A DNA stretch of 64,000 nucleotides, taken from contig JBCBDL010000005.1 of assembly GCA_038529695.1 (NCBI GenBank), positions 1,449 through 65,448 of the forward strand, in the 5' to 3' direction. The translations under genes and the position numbers were made by a program. The notes under the pieces were generated by a model. The model had not been told where the DNA came from. It worked only from the letters and a program-made list of their open reading frames with translations, and ran no database searches. The DNA is from Pseudomonadota bacterium (GTDB taxonomy: Bacteria > Pseudomonadota > Alphaproteobacteria > Rhodobacterales > Rhodobacteraceae). Numbering within the stretch: position 1 is the stretch's first letter; each line of letters starts with the position of its first letter. This document shows positions 28,136-37,477 of this stretch, piece after piece.

Positions 28136-29337
28136 GGTGCGAGTTCTGCCCGCGCCACTTGCCGACGATGCACTGCATCAGGCCCATCTGCCAGCCGCAA
28201 GGTACGCAAATGGGTCCATTGGCGTGCCAACGGCGTGTCCTGCGAGACGCCTGCCGCCCCATGCATCTGGACCGCCATATCGGTGACTTTCAATGCCACC
28301 TGCGGTGCCACCACCTTGATCTGGCTGATCCAGGGGGCAGCCGCTCGTTTGTCCCCTTGATCCATCATCCATGCGGCTTTCAGGCAAAGCAGGCGGGCCT
28401 GCTCAATCTCCATCCGTGCCTCCGCAATCAGATCAAAGTTTTCGCCAAGCTGTGCGAGCGGTTTGCCGAAGGCCTCGCGTGCAATGGACCGTTGGCAGAG
28501 AAGTTCAAGCGCTTTTTCGGCCTGACCGATTGCGCGCATGCAATGGTGAATGCGACCGGGGCCTAGCCTGCCTTGGGCAATCTCGAACCCGCGCCCTTCG
28601 CCCAATAGCATGTTTTCTGCGGGCACCTGCACGTCTGTAAACTGAAAATGGATATGACCGTGAGGGGCATCGTCATGGCCGTAAACCTGCATCGCACGCA
28701 GTTTTTCGATGCCCGGCGTATCTGCCGGAACGACGATCATCGAGTGCTGGCGATGTTTTGGCCCATCATGGGCAGTGCGCACCATCACGATGTAAACCGC
28801 ACAGCGTGGGTCGCCTGCGCCGGTCGCCCACCATTTTTGTCCGTTTAAGACATACATTTCGCCATCGCGTTCGCAGCGCATCGCGATGTTGGTTGCATCC
28901 GAGCTGGCGACATCCGGTTCGGTCATCAGGTAGGCTGACCTGATCTTACCATCCATCAATGGCACCAGCCATGTGTCTTTCATTGCCGCGGTGCCATACC
29001 GTGCGAACACCTCCATGTTCCCGGTATCGGGCGCATTGCAGTTGAAAACCTCTGCCGCAAGATGACTTTTACCCATCTCTTCTGCCAGATAGGCGTATTC
29101 GACCGTGTTGAGTTGGGGGCCATCGCGGAATGTGTCCCAAAAATTCCACAAACCGCGTTCTTTTGCCTTTGCCTTGAGGCTTTCCAGTATCTCGGTCTGC
29201 CGTGGCGTCATGGTCCAGCGGTCGCCCACATCCACTTCAGACAGGAATTCATCATCAAGGGGCGCAATGTCGTCTGCAATCATCGCCTTGACGGCGGACA
29301 GAACCGGTTTCAATCGCTCTGTTTGTCCAAGATCCAT
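28108..29337 (-). CDS. Acyl-CoA dehydrogenase, ACAD10/11-LvaC-like
   Basis: 'NCNAPDTGNMEV', 'MTEPDVASSDATN', 'QGRLGPGRIHHCMR', 'RLADGPD.VH'. Confidence 0.9.
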   Translation of the reverse strand: MDLGQTERLKPVLSAVKAMIADDIAPLDDEFLSEVDVGDRWTMTPRQTEILESLKAKAKERGLWNFWDTFRDGPQLNTVEYAYLAEEMGKSHLAAEVFNCNAPDTGNMEVFARYGTAAMKDTWLVPLMDGKIRSAYLMTEPDVASSDATNIAMRCERDGEMYVLNGQKWWATGAGDPRCAVYIVMVRTAHDGPKHRQHSMIVVPADTPGIEKLRAMQVYGHDDAPHGHIHFQFTDVQVPAENMLLGEGRGFEIAQGRLGPGRIHHCMRAIGQAEKALELLCQRSIAREAFGKPLAQLGENFDLIAEARMEIEQARLLCLKAAWMMDQGDKRAAAPWISQIKVVAPQVALKVTDMAVQMHGAAGVSQDTPLARQWTHLRTLRLADGPDAVHRRQVARAELAPYLSGQNSS

Positions 29338-29434
29338 CTGTTCCCTCCTCGTGATCGGCGGCATTGGCGCACCCGGTCGGCGCGATGTCAATCAATGGCT
29401 TGCGTCCGACGGACGGATCGCCACTAATAACGGC

Positions 29435-30478
29435 ATGAAGGAAGCCGCCACAGGAATTGGGGTCAGCCACGCGGATTTGAGCGCGTATCTGACGGACGCC
29501 ATTCCGGAATTTGAAAAGCTGGGCGATGTCACCAAGTTCGGGACCGGTCAGTCAAACCCAACTTATAAGCTGGACGCTGACAGCGGCAGTTACGTGCTGC
29601 GCAGCAAGCCGCCTGGAAAGCTCCTGCCATCGGCCCATGCCGTTGATCGGGAATTCCGAGTAATGCAGGCATTGTCCGGCACGGATGTGCCTGTGCCAGA
29701 GGTCCTGCATCTGGCAGAGCCTCAGACATCCCCCAGTCGGCGCATGTTCTTTGTCATGCGCTACTTGCCAGGGCGGATTTTCTGGGACCCGGCCCTGCCC
29801 GAGATGCAGAATGCGGAACGCGCGGCGATATATGATGCGATGAATGCAGCACTCGCTGCGCTGCATGACGTCGACGTGAAAGCTGTCGGTCTGTCGGATT
29901 TCGGCAAACCGGGCAACTATTTTGCAAGGCAGCTGGACCGGTGGAGCAGGCAATACCTGTCATCGGTCGATGACCCGGCAGAGGCCATGGTCGCGATCAT
30001 GGACTGGCTGGGCAAACATATGCCTGCCGATGATGGCGCGGTGTCGCTGGTGCATGGAGATTGGCGGCTCGATAACATGATCTTCGCGCCGGATGCACCT
30101 GAAATTGCTGGTATTCTGGATTGGGAATTGTCCACGTTGGGTCACCCAATGGCCGATCTGGCCTATCAATGCATGCAATGGCGGTTGCCCAACCAGGGTG
30201 ATATGCGCGGGTTGGCGGGTATTGATCGCGCGGCATTTGGATTGCCAAGTGAGGCGGAGTATATCGCCACCTATGCCCGCAGGCGCGGTCTGGGCAGTAT
30301 CAAAGACTGGCCATTCTATCTGGTCTTTGCCTTTTTTCGGCTCGCGGCCATTCTTGCGGGCGTTGCGGCGCGTGCCGCCGCTGGCAATGCGTCAAACCCG
30401 CAAATGGCGCGCAAATACGGGGCGGCGGTTCCGGCATTGGCCGCGATGGCCACGATCGTCATGCATGAAGGTGCCTAG
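29435..30478 (+). CDS. APH-family phosphotransferase, ACAD10/11 kinase domain/LvaA-like
   Basis: 'GQSNPTY', 'SAHAVDREFRV', 'HGDWRLDN', 'LDWELSTLG.P..DL.Y'. Confidence 0.9.
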   Translation: MKEAATGIGVSHADLSAYLTDAIPEFEKLGDVTKFGTGQSNPTYKLDADSGSYVLRSKPPGKLLPSAHAVDREFRVMQALSGTDVPVPEVLHLAEPQTSPSRRMFFVMRYLPGRIFWDPALPEMQNAERAAIYDAMNAALAALHDVDVKAVGLSDFGKPGNYFARQLDRWSRQYLSSVDDPAEAMVAIMDWLGKHMPADDGAVSLVHGDWRLDNMIFAPDAPEIAGILDWELSTLGHPMADLAYQCMQWRLPNQGDMRGLAGIDRAAFGLPSEAEYIATYARRRGLGSIKDWPFYLVFAFFRLAAILAGVAARAAAGNASNPQMARKYGAAVPALAAMATIVMHEGA

Positions 30479-30500
30479 GCGTTCCAAATGCAGACGCCGC

Positions 30501-30716
30501 CTAGCCCAGCATCACCCCGATGATCACGGCCATCAGACCAATCATAGACACAAAAAGCGCAATCAGATTGATCGGCAAAATAGCCGAGACGCGCGCGCGC
30601 AAATCCTCATCCGGTAAATTGGCGCGTTTGGCACGGGCGACCGCCACGATACTATAGATGATCCCGACGATCCCCAGGCAAGACAGCCCCGCACCAATCC
30701 AGACGACGATTTCCAT
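30501..30716 (-). CDS. Small two-TM membrane protein
   Basis: 71 aa, two hydrophobic helices, GGGAGA RBS. Confidence 0.7.
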   Translation of the reverse strand: MEIVVWIGAGLSCLGIVGIIYSIVAVARAKRANLPDEDLRARVSAILPINLIALFVSMIGLMAVIIGVMLG

Positions 30717-30827
30717 GAATTCTCTCCCGATCTTGCGGTGGCCTAACCCGGCCTGACGACCTCCGCAAGACTTGCGGCAACCGTGCTCTGCGGCTAGGGA
30801 GTGGAACGCCCAAAAAGGAGAGCTTTC

Positions 30828-31085
30828 ATGAACGATTCCGTCACCGATGCCACATCAACTGTCGCCGCGCAGGAACTGCGTCAGTTTGTTGAGCGGTATG
30901 AACGGCTGGAGGCGGAGAAGAAGGACATCGCCGACGCACAAAAAGAGGTGATGGCCGAGGCAAAGGGCCGTGGCTATGACACCAAGGTGCTGCGCAAGGT
31001 TGTGGCGCTGCGCAAGCGCGATGCGAATGATCTGGCAGAGGAAGAGGCGGTGCTGGATATGTATAAAGCCGCCCTGGGAATGTGA
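30828..31085 (+). CDS. DUF2312/UPF0335 (GapR-like nucleoid-associated) protein
   Basis: '[16 protein letters not shown]', '[12 protein letters not shown]', 'LDMYK.ALGM'. Confidence 0.9.
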   Translation: MNDSVTDATSTVAAQELRQFVERYERLEAEKKDIADAQKEVMAEAKGRGYDTKVLRKVVALRKRDANDLAEEEAVLDMYKAALGM

Positions 31086-31087
31086 CC

Positions 31088-31969
31088 TTAGCGGAAGGGT
31101 AACAGCAGCGTGACGCCTTCCATTTGGTCAATGGCCTCGACATCCCGGTCATAAAGATCAGTCAGATGATCGATCAGAACAGGGGCAAGGTCGATCAGTC
31201 CCACTTCGTAATCTGTGGCTTCTGCGACACCATGTACCTCCCAAATGTCGGCGATCACGTCATGCCGTGCGGCGTCGCTGTCAGGGGGCGATGCCAGCAA
31301 GGTCTGTTGTAGTTCACGCATGCCGTCTTGCGTGATCAATCCGGACAACAAGTCAAGACCGCCGCCTAGCAGTGTTTCTGGTTGCGCGCCGCATTGATGG
31401 CGGATCAACTGCTCCCACAAAAGCGGGCTGTCTTCATAGCACCACACGGTAAGCGGTGTATCAGGTGCACCTGCCTTGATCCGGCGAATAACTTCGGACC
31501 AGCGCAGTTCTTCAGGCCGCATGAAGCCCAGATAGGTATCCAGATCGCCCGCATCCGCGCGTTGGAAGGTTTCTTGCAGAAACGTGACCGGATTACGGAT
31601 GCCTAAGAACAGCGAAATATCGTCATCCGGAAACAGGCGATGCAACCCGCGGACTTTCGTTTCCGCCTGCGGATAAAACACGCCATGGTCAAAAATCCGC
31701 TTTGGAATGCAGATGAAATTGTCGTTGCTCAGTACCACGCGACTGATGTTGTCGTTTTCGACAATCGCATCAATCAGGATATCGCGTGTGTCGGGGGCAG
31801 GGGGCTCTGACCCAAGGTTTTGGATAGTCTCGCGCAAGAGCCTCCGGTAGCGGCTTGGCCCCGGTACAGCGATCCCTTCCTGCAGCAAGACATCCGCGTT
31901 CTTCAGGATGGATTTTAGCAGGCGGTCTTCATCGGTGCAGTTTGCGCCAATATGAAATGCGATCTGCAT
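31088..31969 (-). CDS. Hypothetical protein, degenerate P-loop/sulfotransferase-like
   Basis: 'IAFHIGANCTD', 'VVLSNDNF', 'FLGIRNP', 'VWCYED' resemble the sulfotransferase-like scaffold. Confidence 0.7.
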   Translation of the reverse strand: MQIAFHIGANCTDEDRLLKSILKNADVLLQEGIAVPGPSRYRRLLRETIQNLGSEPPAPDTRDILIDAIVENDNISRVVLSNDNFICIPKRIFDHGVFYPQAETKVRGLHRLFPDDDISLFLGIRNPVTFLQETFQRADAGDLDTYLGFMRPEELRWSEVIRRIKAGAPDTPLTVWCYEDSPLLWEQLIRHQCGAQPETLLGGGLDLLSGLITQDGMRELQQTLLASPPDSDAARHDVIADIWEVHGVAEATDYEVGLIDLAPVLIDHLTDLYDRDVEAIDQMEGVTLLLPFR

Positions 31970-32103
31970 AATGCCTGCCTTTTGCCTTTGTCGTTGGACC
32001 AGCATAGAGGGTTTGAATTTCAGCGAAACCGGATTTGCAGCCGTGAAATTGCGGTACGGCCGAGTGCGCGCCCGGTTTTTTCAATCCGCCTGCACAATCG
32101 GCA

Positions 32104-32132
32104 TTGCACAGACGACTTTTCCCCTGCTATAC
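32104..32132 (+). promoter_or_regulatory. sigma70-type promoter of tRNA-Thr
   Basis: TTGCAC-N17-CTATAC. Confidence 0.55.
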
Positions 32133-32161
32133 GCCGCCAAGCTGACGAGTCAGCGTGGTGT

Positions 32162-32237
32162 GCCCCTATAGCTCAGCTGGTAGAGCAACTGATTTGTAAT
32201 CAGTAGGTCCGCGGTTCGAGTCCGTGTGGGGGCACCA
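32162..32237 (+). tRNA. tRNA-Thr(TGT)
   Basis: 76 nt cloverleaf, anticodon loop TTTGTAA, GTTCGAG T-loop, encoded CCA. Confidence 0.96.
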
Positions 32238-32279
32238 TTTCACTTCAGCGCTCACTCCGTTTCGCCGACACGACCGTGT

Positions 32280-33011
32280 TCAGATGTCGAATGTCTGCAG
32301 CTTGTCCAATGCGGATTTCAACGCAGCGCTCCATGCTGCGGTTGTTTGTAGATAGGCTGTGTCGCCTTCTTCAATCCGCCGTTGCCGGTTAGTGTGAAAG
32401 CTGTCGTTTTCATAAATATGCAAGTCAAGCGGTAACCCAACAGAGAGATTAGATTTGATGGTTGAGTCGAAAGAGACCATCAAAAGCCGCACGGCCTCTT
32501 CAAACCGCATGTCCGGATCATAGGCGCGCACGAGGATCGGTTTGCCATACTTTGTCTCGCCGATTTGAAAAAACGGTGAATCCTCGGTGATCTCGATGAA
32601 ATTGCCCGCCGGATAGACAAGAAAAATCGTAGGCTGCCCACCTTTGATCTGGCCGCCAACGATTACCGATGCGCTGAACCGGTCATCCGCGGTTTGGCCT
32701 GTTGGGTTACTGTAGGAAATAACCTCTTTTAAAGTCGTGCCGACCAGCCTTGCAACCTGGAACATCGTAGACTGCCGCAGAATGCTTGGATCGCGATCCT
32801 CGGCTGCCTTGGAGCGTTCGTCGAGCAACGCAACAACCGCCTGCGTTGTAGCAAGATTGCCTGCGGTCATCAACGTGATCGCGCGTTCGCCTGGGATGGA
32901 CCAGGTGAACATCTTGCGCGCGGATGAGAAATTATCAACGCCCGCATTGGTGCGGGTGTCGGACATAAAGACGAGGCCCTGGTTCAGGCGCATGCCGACG
33001 CAATATGTCAT
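32280..33011 (-). CDS. Anbu proteasome-type Ntn protease
   Basis: M-TYCVG start; Thr1/Asp17/Lys32 after Met removal; 'SDTRTNAGVD', 'QIGETKYGKPIL', 'NLSVGLP'. Confidence 0.92.
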   Translation of the reverse strand: MTYCVGMRLNQGLVFMSDTRTNAGVDNFSSARKMFTWSIPGERAITLMTAGNLATTQAVVALLDERSKAAEDRDPSILRQSTMFQVARLVGTTLKEVISYSNPTGQTADDRFSASVIVGGQIKGGQPTIFLVYPAGNFIEITEDSPFFQIGETKYGKPILVRAYDPDMRFEEAVRLLMVSFDSTIKSNLSVGLPLDLHIYENDSFHTNRQRRIEEGDTAYLQTTAAWSAALKSALDKLQTFDI

Positions 33012-33048
33012 GATCTTCCTTTGGTCTTCAGGCCCCGCACGGCCAGAT

Positions 33049-33846
33049 TTACTGTTGCACCTGCAAAGATACAATCATTGCCTCGGGTCCGCTGCCCATA
33101 CGTAATCCCGATATTGGTGCGGCGTCCTGCGCATCACGCCCGATGGCGAGGCGCAGGTATTTATCATCCGGGCACACGCCGTTCGAGACGTCAAAGCCGA
33201 CCCAGCCCAGTTCATTCAGATGCACCTCGGCCCAAGCGTGGCTGGCGTCCTGATCGATCCGGTCAGGCATGAACAGATAGCCGCTGACATAGCGCGCAGG
33301 CAGTCCCGCCTCGCGGGCGGCGGCGACAAAGATATTGGCATGGTCCTGACAGACGCCATGGCCGATCGCGATCGCGTCTTCGGCACTCGTGGATGTCGTT
33401 GTTTTGCCGATTTGATACGGCACTTTTTCAAGGATCGCTGCAGATAGCGCGTGCAAGCCATCAAGCAGGGTGTCGTGCTGACCCACCACCTGCGCGAGCG
33501 CCGTAACGCCGTCGCCTGCGTATGTGGTTGATGTGTTTTGGGCGAAATGCCAGAGCGGCGCGCGGCCATAGACCTTGCCCAACATACCGGCGGCATCGCG
33601 CGTCTGCGCGGTACCGGTTGCCGTTAATGTGACGGCTTGCGTGCCGGGGGTGGCACTGACCAGATCGACATGATTGCCATAGTGATCTGCATAGGTTGCT
33701 TCGATCTTGCCGCCTTCCACATGCAGGTTCCAATCTTCGATCTCTTGCAGAGGATTGGGCAGCGGGCGCAGCCGCACCTTTTGCAGCGCATAATCAACCG
33801 GGTGATCGTAATCATATCGGGTTTTATGACTAATCTGCAGAAGCAT
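33049..33846 (-). CDS. Transglutaminase-like protein with N-terminal beta domain
   Basis: Triad motifs 'GVCQDHA', 'SHAWAE', 'GFDVSN'; 'GRDAQDAAPISG'. Confidence 0.92.
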   Translation of the reverse strand: MLLQISHKTRYDYDHPVDYALQKVRLRPLPNPLQEIEDWNLHVEGGKIEATYADHYGNHVDLVSATPGTQAVTLTATGTAQTRDAAGMLGKVYGRAPLWHFAQNTSTTYAGDGVTALAQVVGQHDTLLDGLHALSAAILEKVPYQIGKTTTSTSAEDAIAIGHGVCQDHANIFVAAAREAGLPARYVSGYLFMPDRIDQDASHAWAEVHLNELGWVGFDVSNGVCPDDKYLRLAIGRDAQDAAPISGLRMGSGPEAMIVSLQVQQ

Positions 33847-34788
33847 TTATGCGTTGAACCTATAATCGACTTCGATCTGGAGCCCAAGTTGCGCGGTATC
33901 GCCAATCATCGATGTCAGAAACTCATGCAAACCTTCATCGAAAATCGTGTCGATATCGCGGTTCATGAGCCGCTTTTCAAGCGTTCGGGCGAGGCTGACA
34001 CTGTGTTTTTCATCCTCGTATTGCTTGGCAAGGTAGGTCAGATTGTCGGCGATCTTGCCTGCGCAAAAGGCTAGCGAACGGGGCAGGCGCCGATCGAGAA
34101 TCAGAAATTGCGCAATATTGGCGGCATTGTAATCACCATCCAATGCCCACCGAAATGACCGATGCGCCGAGACCGAGCGGAGCAGCGTTTCCCATTGCAC
34201 ATTGTCCATGCGGCTGCCCACCAGCGATGGTGACGGCAACAGCGCATAATATTTGACGTTCACGATCCGGGCGGTGTTGTCCATGCGTTCGACGAATGTG
34301 CCGATCCGGCAGAAATCATAGACATCATTGCGCAACATCGTGCCATGCAGTGCCCCGCGCACCAGCGCGGATTGCTGGCGGATCGCGGCCAGAACCTCTG
34401 GCAGGTCGGTTTCCGGGATCGGGTGGCGCAGCCTTTCGGTCAGCACCATCCAGGTCTCGTTGACGGCTGACCAGACCTCGGACGTGAGCGCGGTACGCAC
34501 CAGCCGCGCATTGTCACGGGCCGATTTGATGACCGAATGGACAGAGCCGGGGTTTTCACTGTCACGCAGCAGAAAGTCAGTGACGCGCGCGCTGTCATAA
34601 CCATCATGCTTAGCCTCATAGGCGGCTTGCGCAGCAGAGGTGACAATAACGGATTTCCATTCCGATGCTGGGTCGCTGGACCGGGTCAGCGCGATGCGAA
34701 AACCAGCCTCGATCAATCGAGCGGTGTTTTCGGCCCGTTCAAGGAACCGGAACATCCAGTAAAGCCCACCTGCGGTTTTTCCCAGCAT
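33847..34788 (-). CDS. Alpha-E domain protein (DUF403)
   Basis: Two ER repeats 'ERAENTAR' and 'ERMDNTAR'; 'ARDNAR.VR', 'PRSL.FC'. Confidence 0.92.
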   Translation of the reverse strand: MLGKTAGGLYWMFRFLERAENTARLIEAGFRIALTRSSDPASEWKSVIVTSAAQAAYEAKHDGYDSARVTDFLLRDSENPGSVHSVIKSARDNARLVRTALTSEVWSAVNETWMVLTERLRHPIPETDLPEVLAAIRQQSALVRGALHGTMLRNDVYDFCRIGTFVERMDNTARIVNVKYYALLPSPSLVGSRMDNVQWETLLRSVSAHRSFRWALDGDYNAANIAQFLILDRRLPRSLAFCAGKIADNLTYLAKQYEDEKHSVSLARTLEKRLMNRDIDTIFDEGLHEFLTSMIGDTAQLGLQIEVDYRFNA

Positions 34789-34789
34789 A

Positions 34790-36214
34790 TCAGTCTTCCA
34801 AAACCCAGGTGTCTTTCGTGCCGCCGCCTTGACTTGAATTGACGACCAGGCTGCCTTCGGTCAGTGCAACTCGGGTCAGTCCGCCCGGCACAATGTCTAC
34901 GCCAGCAGGCGAGACGAGCGCAAAGGGTCGCAGATCCACATGGCGCGGGGCCAATCCAGCCTCGGTAAAGATGGGGACAGTGGACAGCGACAACGTGGGT
35001 TGGGCGATGTAATTGGCAGGCTTTGCTTTCAGCTTTGCCGTAAATTCCGCCAGTTCCTTTTTCGATGCGGCGGGGCCAACCAGCATGCCGTAACCGCCTG
35101 AACCATGCACCTCTTTCACGACCAGATCGGCGAGGTTATCCAAAACATATTGCAGCGTATCCGCTTCGGCACAGCGAAAGGTTTGCACATTCTTCAGGAT
35201 CGGTTTTTCGCCTGTGTAGAATTCAACAATCTCTGGCATGTAGCTGTAAATCGCCTTGTCATCGGCGACGCCTGTGCCGGGCGCGTTGGTGATCGTGATA
35301 TTGCCTGCGCGATAGACATCCATGATGCCCGGCACGCCCAGCATAGACTCCGGGTTAAAGGTCAGCGGATCGAGAAAATCGTCATCCACCCGGCGATAGA
35401 GGACGTCGATCACCTTGTAGCCCTTGGTCGTGCGCATCGCGATATGGCCGTCGACCACGCGTAAGTCATGCCCTTCGACCAGCTCCACACCCATCTGATC
35501 GGCCAGAAAGCTGTGTTCGTAATAGGCAGAATTGTGAATGCCGGGAGTCAGCACCACAACGCAAGGGCGCCCATCGCAATGACGCGGTGCTGCTGCCTCA
35601 AGCGATGCACGCAGGTTCTTCGGATAATCGCTGACACGCTGGATTTTGATCTTGCTGAAAAGTTCCGGAAACATCTGCAGCATCGTTTCGCGGTTTTCCA
35701 GCATGTAGCTGACGCCGGACGGGGTGCGCGCATTGTCTTCCAGAACGAAGAAATCATTCTCGCCCGTTCTCACGATATCGGTCCCGACTATATGGGTGTA
35801 GACGCCACCTGGCGGGGTAAAATCGATCATCTGGGGCAGGAAGGCATCGTTTTCTGCGACAAGGCGTTTGGGCACGATCCCAGCGCTCACGATCTCTTGC
35901 CGGTTATAAAGGTCATGCAGAAATGCGTTAATGCCACGCACGCGCTGTTCAATGCCGCGCGCAAGTTTGGTCCATTCGCTATTCGACAATATCCGCGGGA
36001 CCAGATCAAACGGGATCAGGCGCTCTTCGGCATCACTTTGACCATAGACGTTAAACGTAATGCCAGTGCGGCGAAAAAACGCCTCAGCCTCTTTGGATTT
36101 CTGTTCAAGCCGGGTGTTGTCCTGTTGGGCAAACCAGTTGCTGTAAATGCCGTAGGGTGTGCGAACACCCGCATCCCCCTGCAATTCATCAAAAAACTTC
36201 ACGTCACTCCCCAT
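34790..36214 (-). CDS. Circularly permuted type 2 ATP-grasp protein
   Basis: 'VLEDNARTPSGVSY', 'YRRVDDDFLDP', 'RHVDLRPF', 'VNSSQGGGTKDTW'. Confidence 0.94.
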   Translation of the reverse strand: MGSDVKFFDELQGDAGVRTPYGIYSNWFAQQDNTRLEQKSKEAEAFFRRTGITFNVYGQSDAEERLIPFDLVPRILSNSEWTKLARGIEQRVRGINAFLHDLYNRQEIVSAGIVPKRLVAENDAFLPQMIDFTPPGGVYTHIVGTDIVRTGENDFFVLEDNARTPSGVSYMLENRETMLQMFPELFSKIKIQRVSDYPKNLRASLEAAAPRHCDGRPCVVVLTPGIHNSAYYEHSFLADQMGVELVEGHDLRVVDGHIAMRTTKGYKVIDVLYRRVDDDFLDPLTFNPESMLGVPGIMDVYRAGNITITNAPGTGVADDKAIYSYMPEIVEFYTGEKPILKNVQTFRCAEADTLQYVLDNLADLVVKEVHGSGGYGMLVGPAASKKELAEFTAKLKAKPANYIAQPTLSLSTVPIFTEAGLAPRHVDLRPFALVSPAGVDIVPGGLTRVALTEGSLVVNSSQGGGTKDTWVLED

Positions 36215-36352
36215 CCTGTGACGATAACGACAGAGAGTTGTTTTACAAGTCAGCCGTTTTTTTCGTGTCAGACCTGCAATTGTCCGATTGCGTGTTCTTT
36301 GAACGGTCGTATGCCGCCTTTGCCCAAAAACGCGCCAAACCAAATTGCGTTA

Positions 36353-37477
36353 TTATTGCGACAGCGTCCGGTTATTGAGCCGTTCGAGGTTCACGATTGT
36401 CGACAGCATCAAACGATCATGGCTCCAGTTTTCGACCGGGCGGATTGCCAGCGTGACACAAGCCACAGTGATGCAGAGTGACATCAACATGACGGGTCCT
36501 AACCGGTGACGACCGCTTGCTTGACCTTGCTCAATCATCGACACGATGCGCTGTTTCAAAAAGCCCTCAGAATGGTTTGCTCTTCGCCGCAGATCAAGCT
36601 GCACGAAAGGCACGCTCGGCGTCATGATCCGCTGTGTCGCACTACCGGTCAAACTGGTTTGGCAAGCGCGCAATAGGCATTCGCAATAGGCGCGGGTACC
36701 ATGTGTTTTGCGGCTCACGACCTGTTGATCACAGGCCAGTTCACGCAGCCTTTCGACATCACGTTTGCAATATGCAAAGGCGGGGTTCCAGAAAAAGAAG
36801 GGCCGCATCAGTTCGAGGGCCACCTCCCACGTCAAATCGCGCTGTCGGATATGCTGCAATTCATGCGCGACAGCGATCCGGGCATCATTGCTGTGGCCCA
36901 AAAGTCCCGCGGGCAGCACGACATAATGGCGTCGCACACCGCGGGTTGAAAACGGTACACGGGTTTCATGGCTGACGCGGATGTCTATTTTGCCAACCCT
37001 GCGAAGCGGATAAGCCCGTGCGATTAGCCGGATCAGGCGCCAGCTGTTTCGGGCATTTCGGGCAACAATCCAGGTGAACCCACCGAAAAGCAGACCGAAA
37101 ACCGCATAGCCCATCCAGCTGCCAAATGTTGCAACATCATGGGTCCACTCTGACCGGAGCATCAAAAGCGACTCAAACTTGGTCGGGCTCAACGCGATAT
37201 TGCCGTGCAAATACTGGGCGACCGCAAAGTCAGAAACGCTCAAACTACCGCGCAAGGACAACAGCCCCAAACGTTGGCAGGTCTCAATGCAAAAGACGAC
37301 GAGCGGTGACAGGATGACCATGGCCACCAAGCCATACAGCAAATGCAATTGTGTCAGATATGCGGAGCGCAGAGGCGAATGTGCCATGCCCCATCGTAAT
37401 CCGGCCCAGATTGTCGCAACCGCGATCAACAAGATATTGATATCGATATAAGCGTTGAATGCGTTTTCAACTGTCAT
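36353..37477 (-). CDS. M56 (BlaR1/MecR1-like) membrane metallopeptidase without sensor domain
   Basis: 'AHELQH' HExxH, 'FFWNP', 'RELACD', N-terminal TMs, short C-terminus. Confidence 0.88.
   Translation of the reverse strand: MTVENAFNAYIDINILLIAVATIWAGLRWGMAHSPLRSAYLTQLHLLYGLVAMVILSPLVVFCIETCQRLGLLSLRGSLSVSDFAVAQYLHGNIALSPTKFESLLMLRSEWTHDVATFGSWMGYAVFGLLFGGFTWIVARNARNSWRLIRLIARAYPLRRVGKIDIRVSHETRVPFSTRGVRRHYVVLPAGLLGHSNDARIAVAHELQHIRQRDLTWEVALELMRPFFFWNPAFAYCKRDVERLRELACDQQVVSRKTHGTRAYCECLLRACQTSLTGSATQRIMTPSVPFVQLDLRRRANHSEGFLKQRIVSMIEQGQASGRHRLGPVMLMSLCITVACVTLAIRPVENWSHDRLMLSTIVNLERLNNRTLSQ

Noticed and set aside
36323-36337. sigma54 promoter for the Anbu operon (minus strand TGGCGCG-TTTTT-GGG)
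   Set aside because: The -24 GG element is present but the -12 TTGC is absent or mis-spaced
35468-36481. 337-aa + strand ORF
   Set aside because: Antisense to the ATP-grasp gene, which carries clear family motifs
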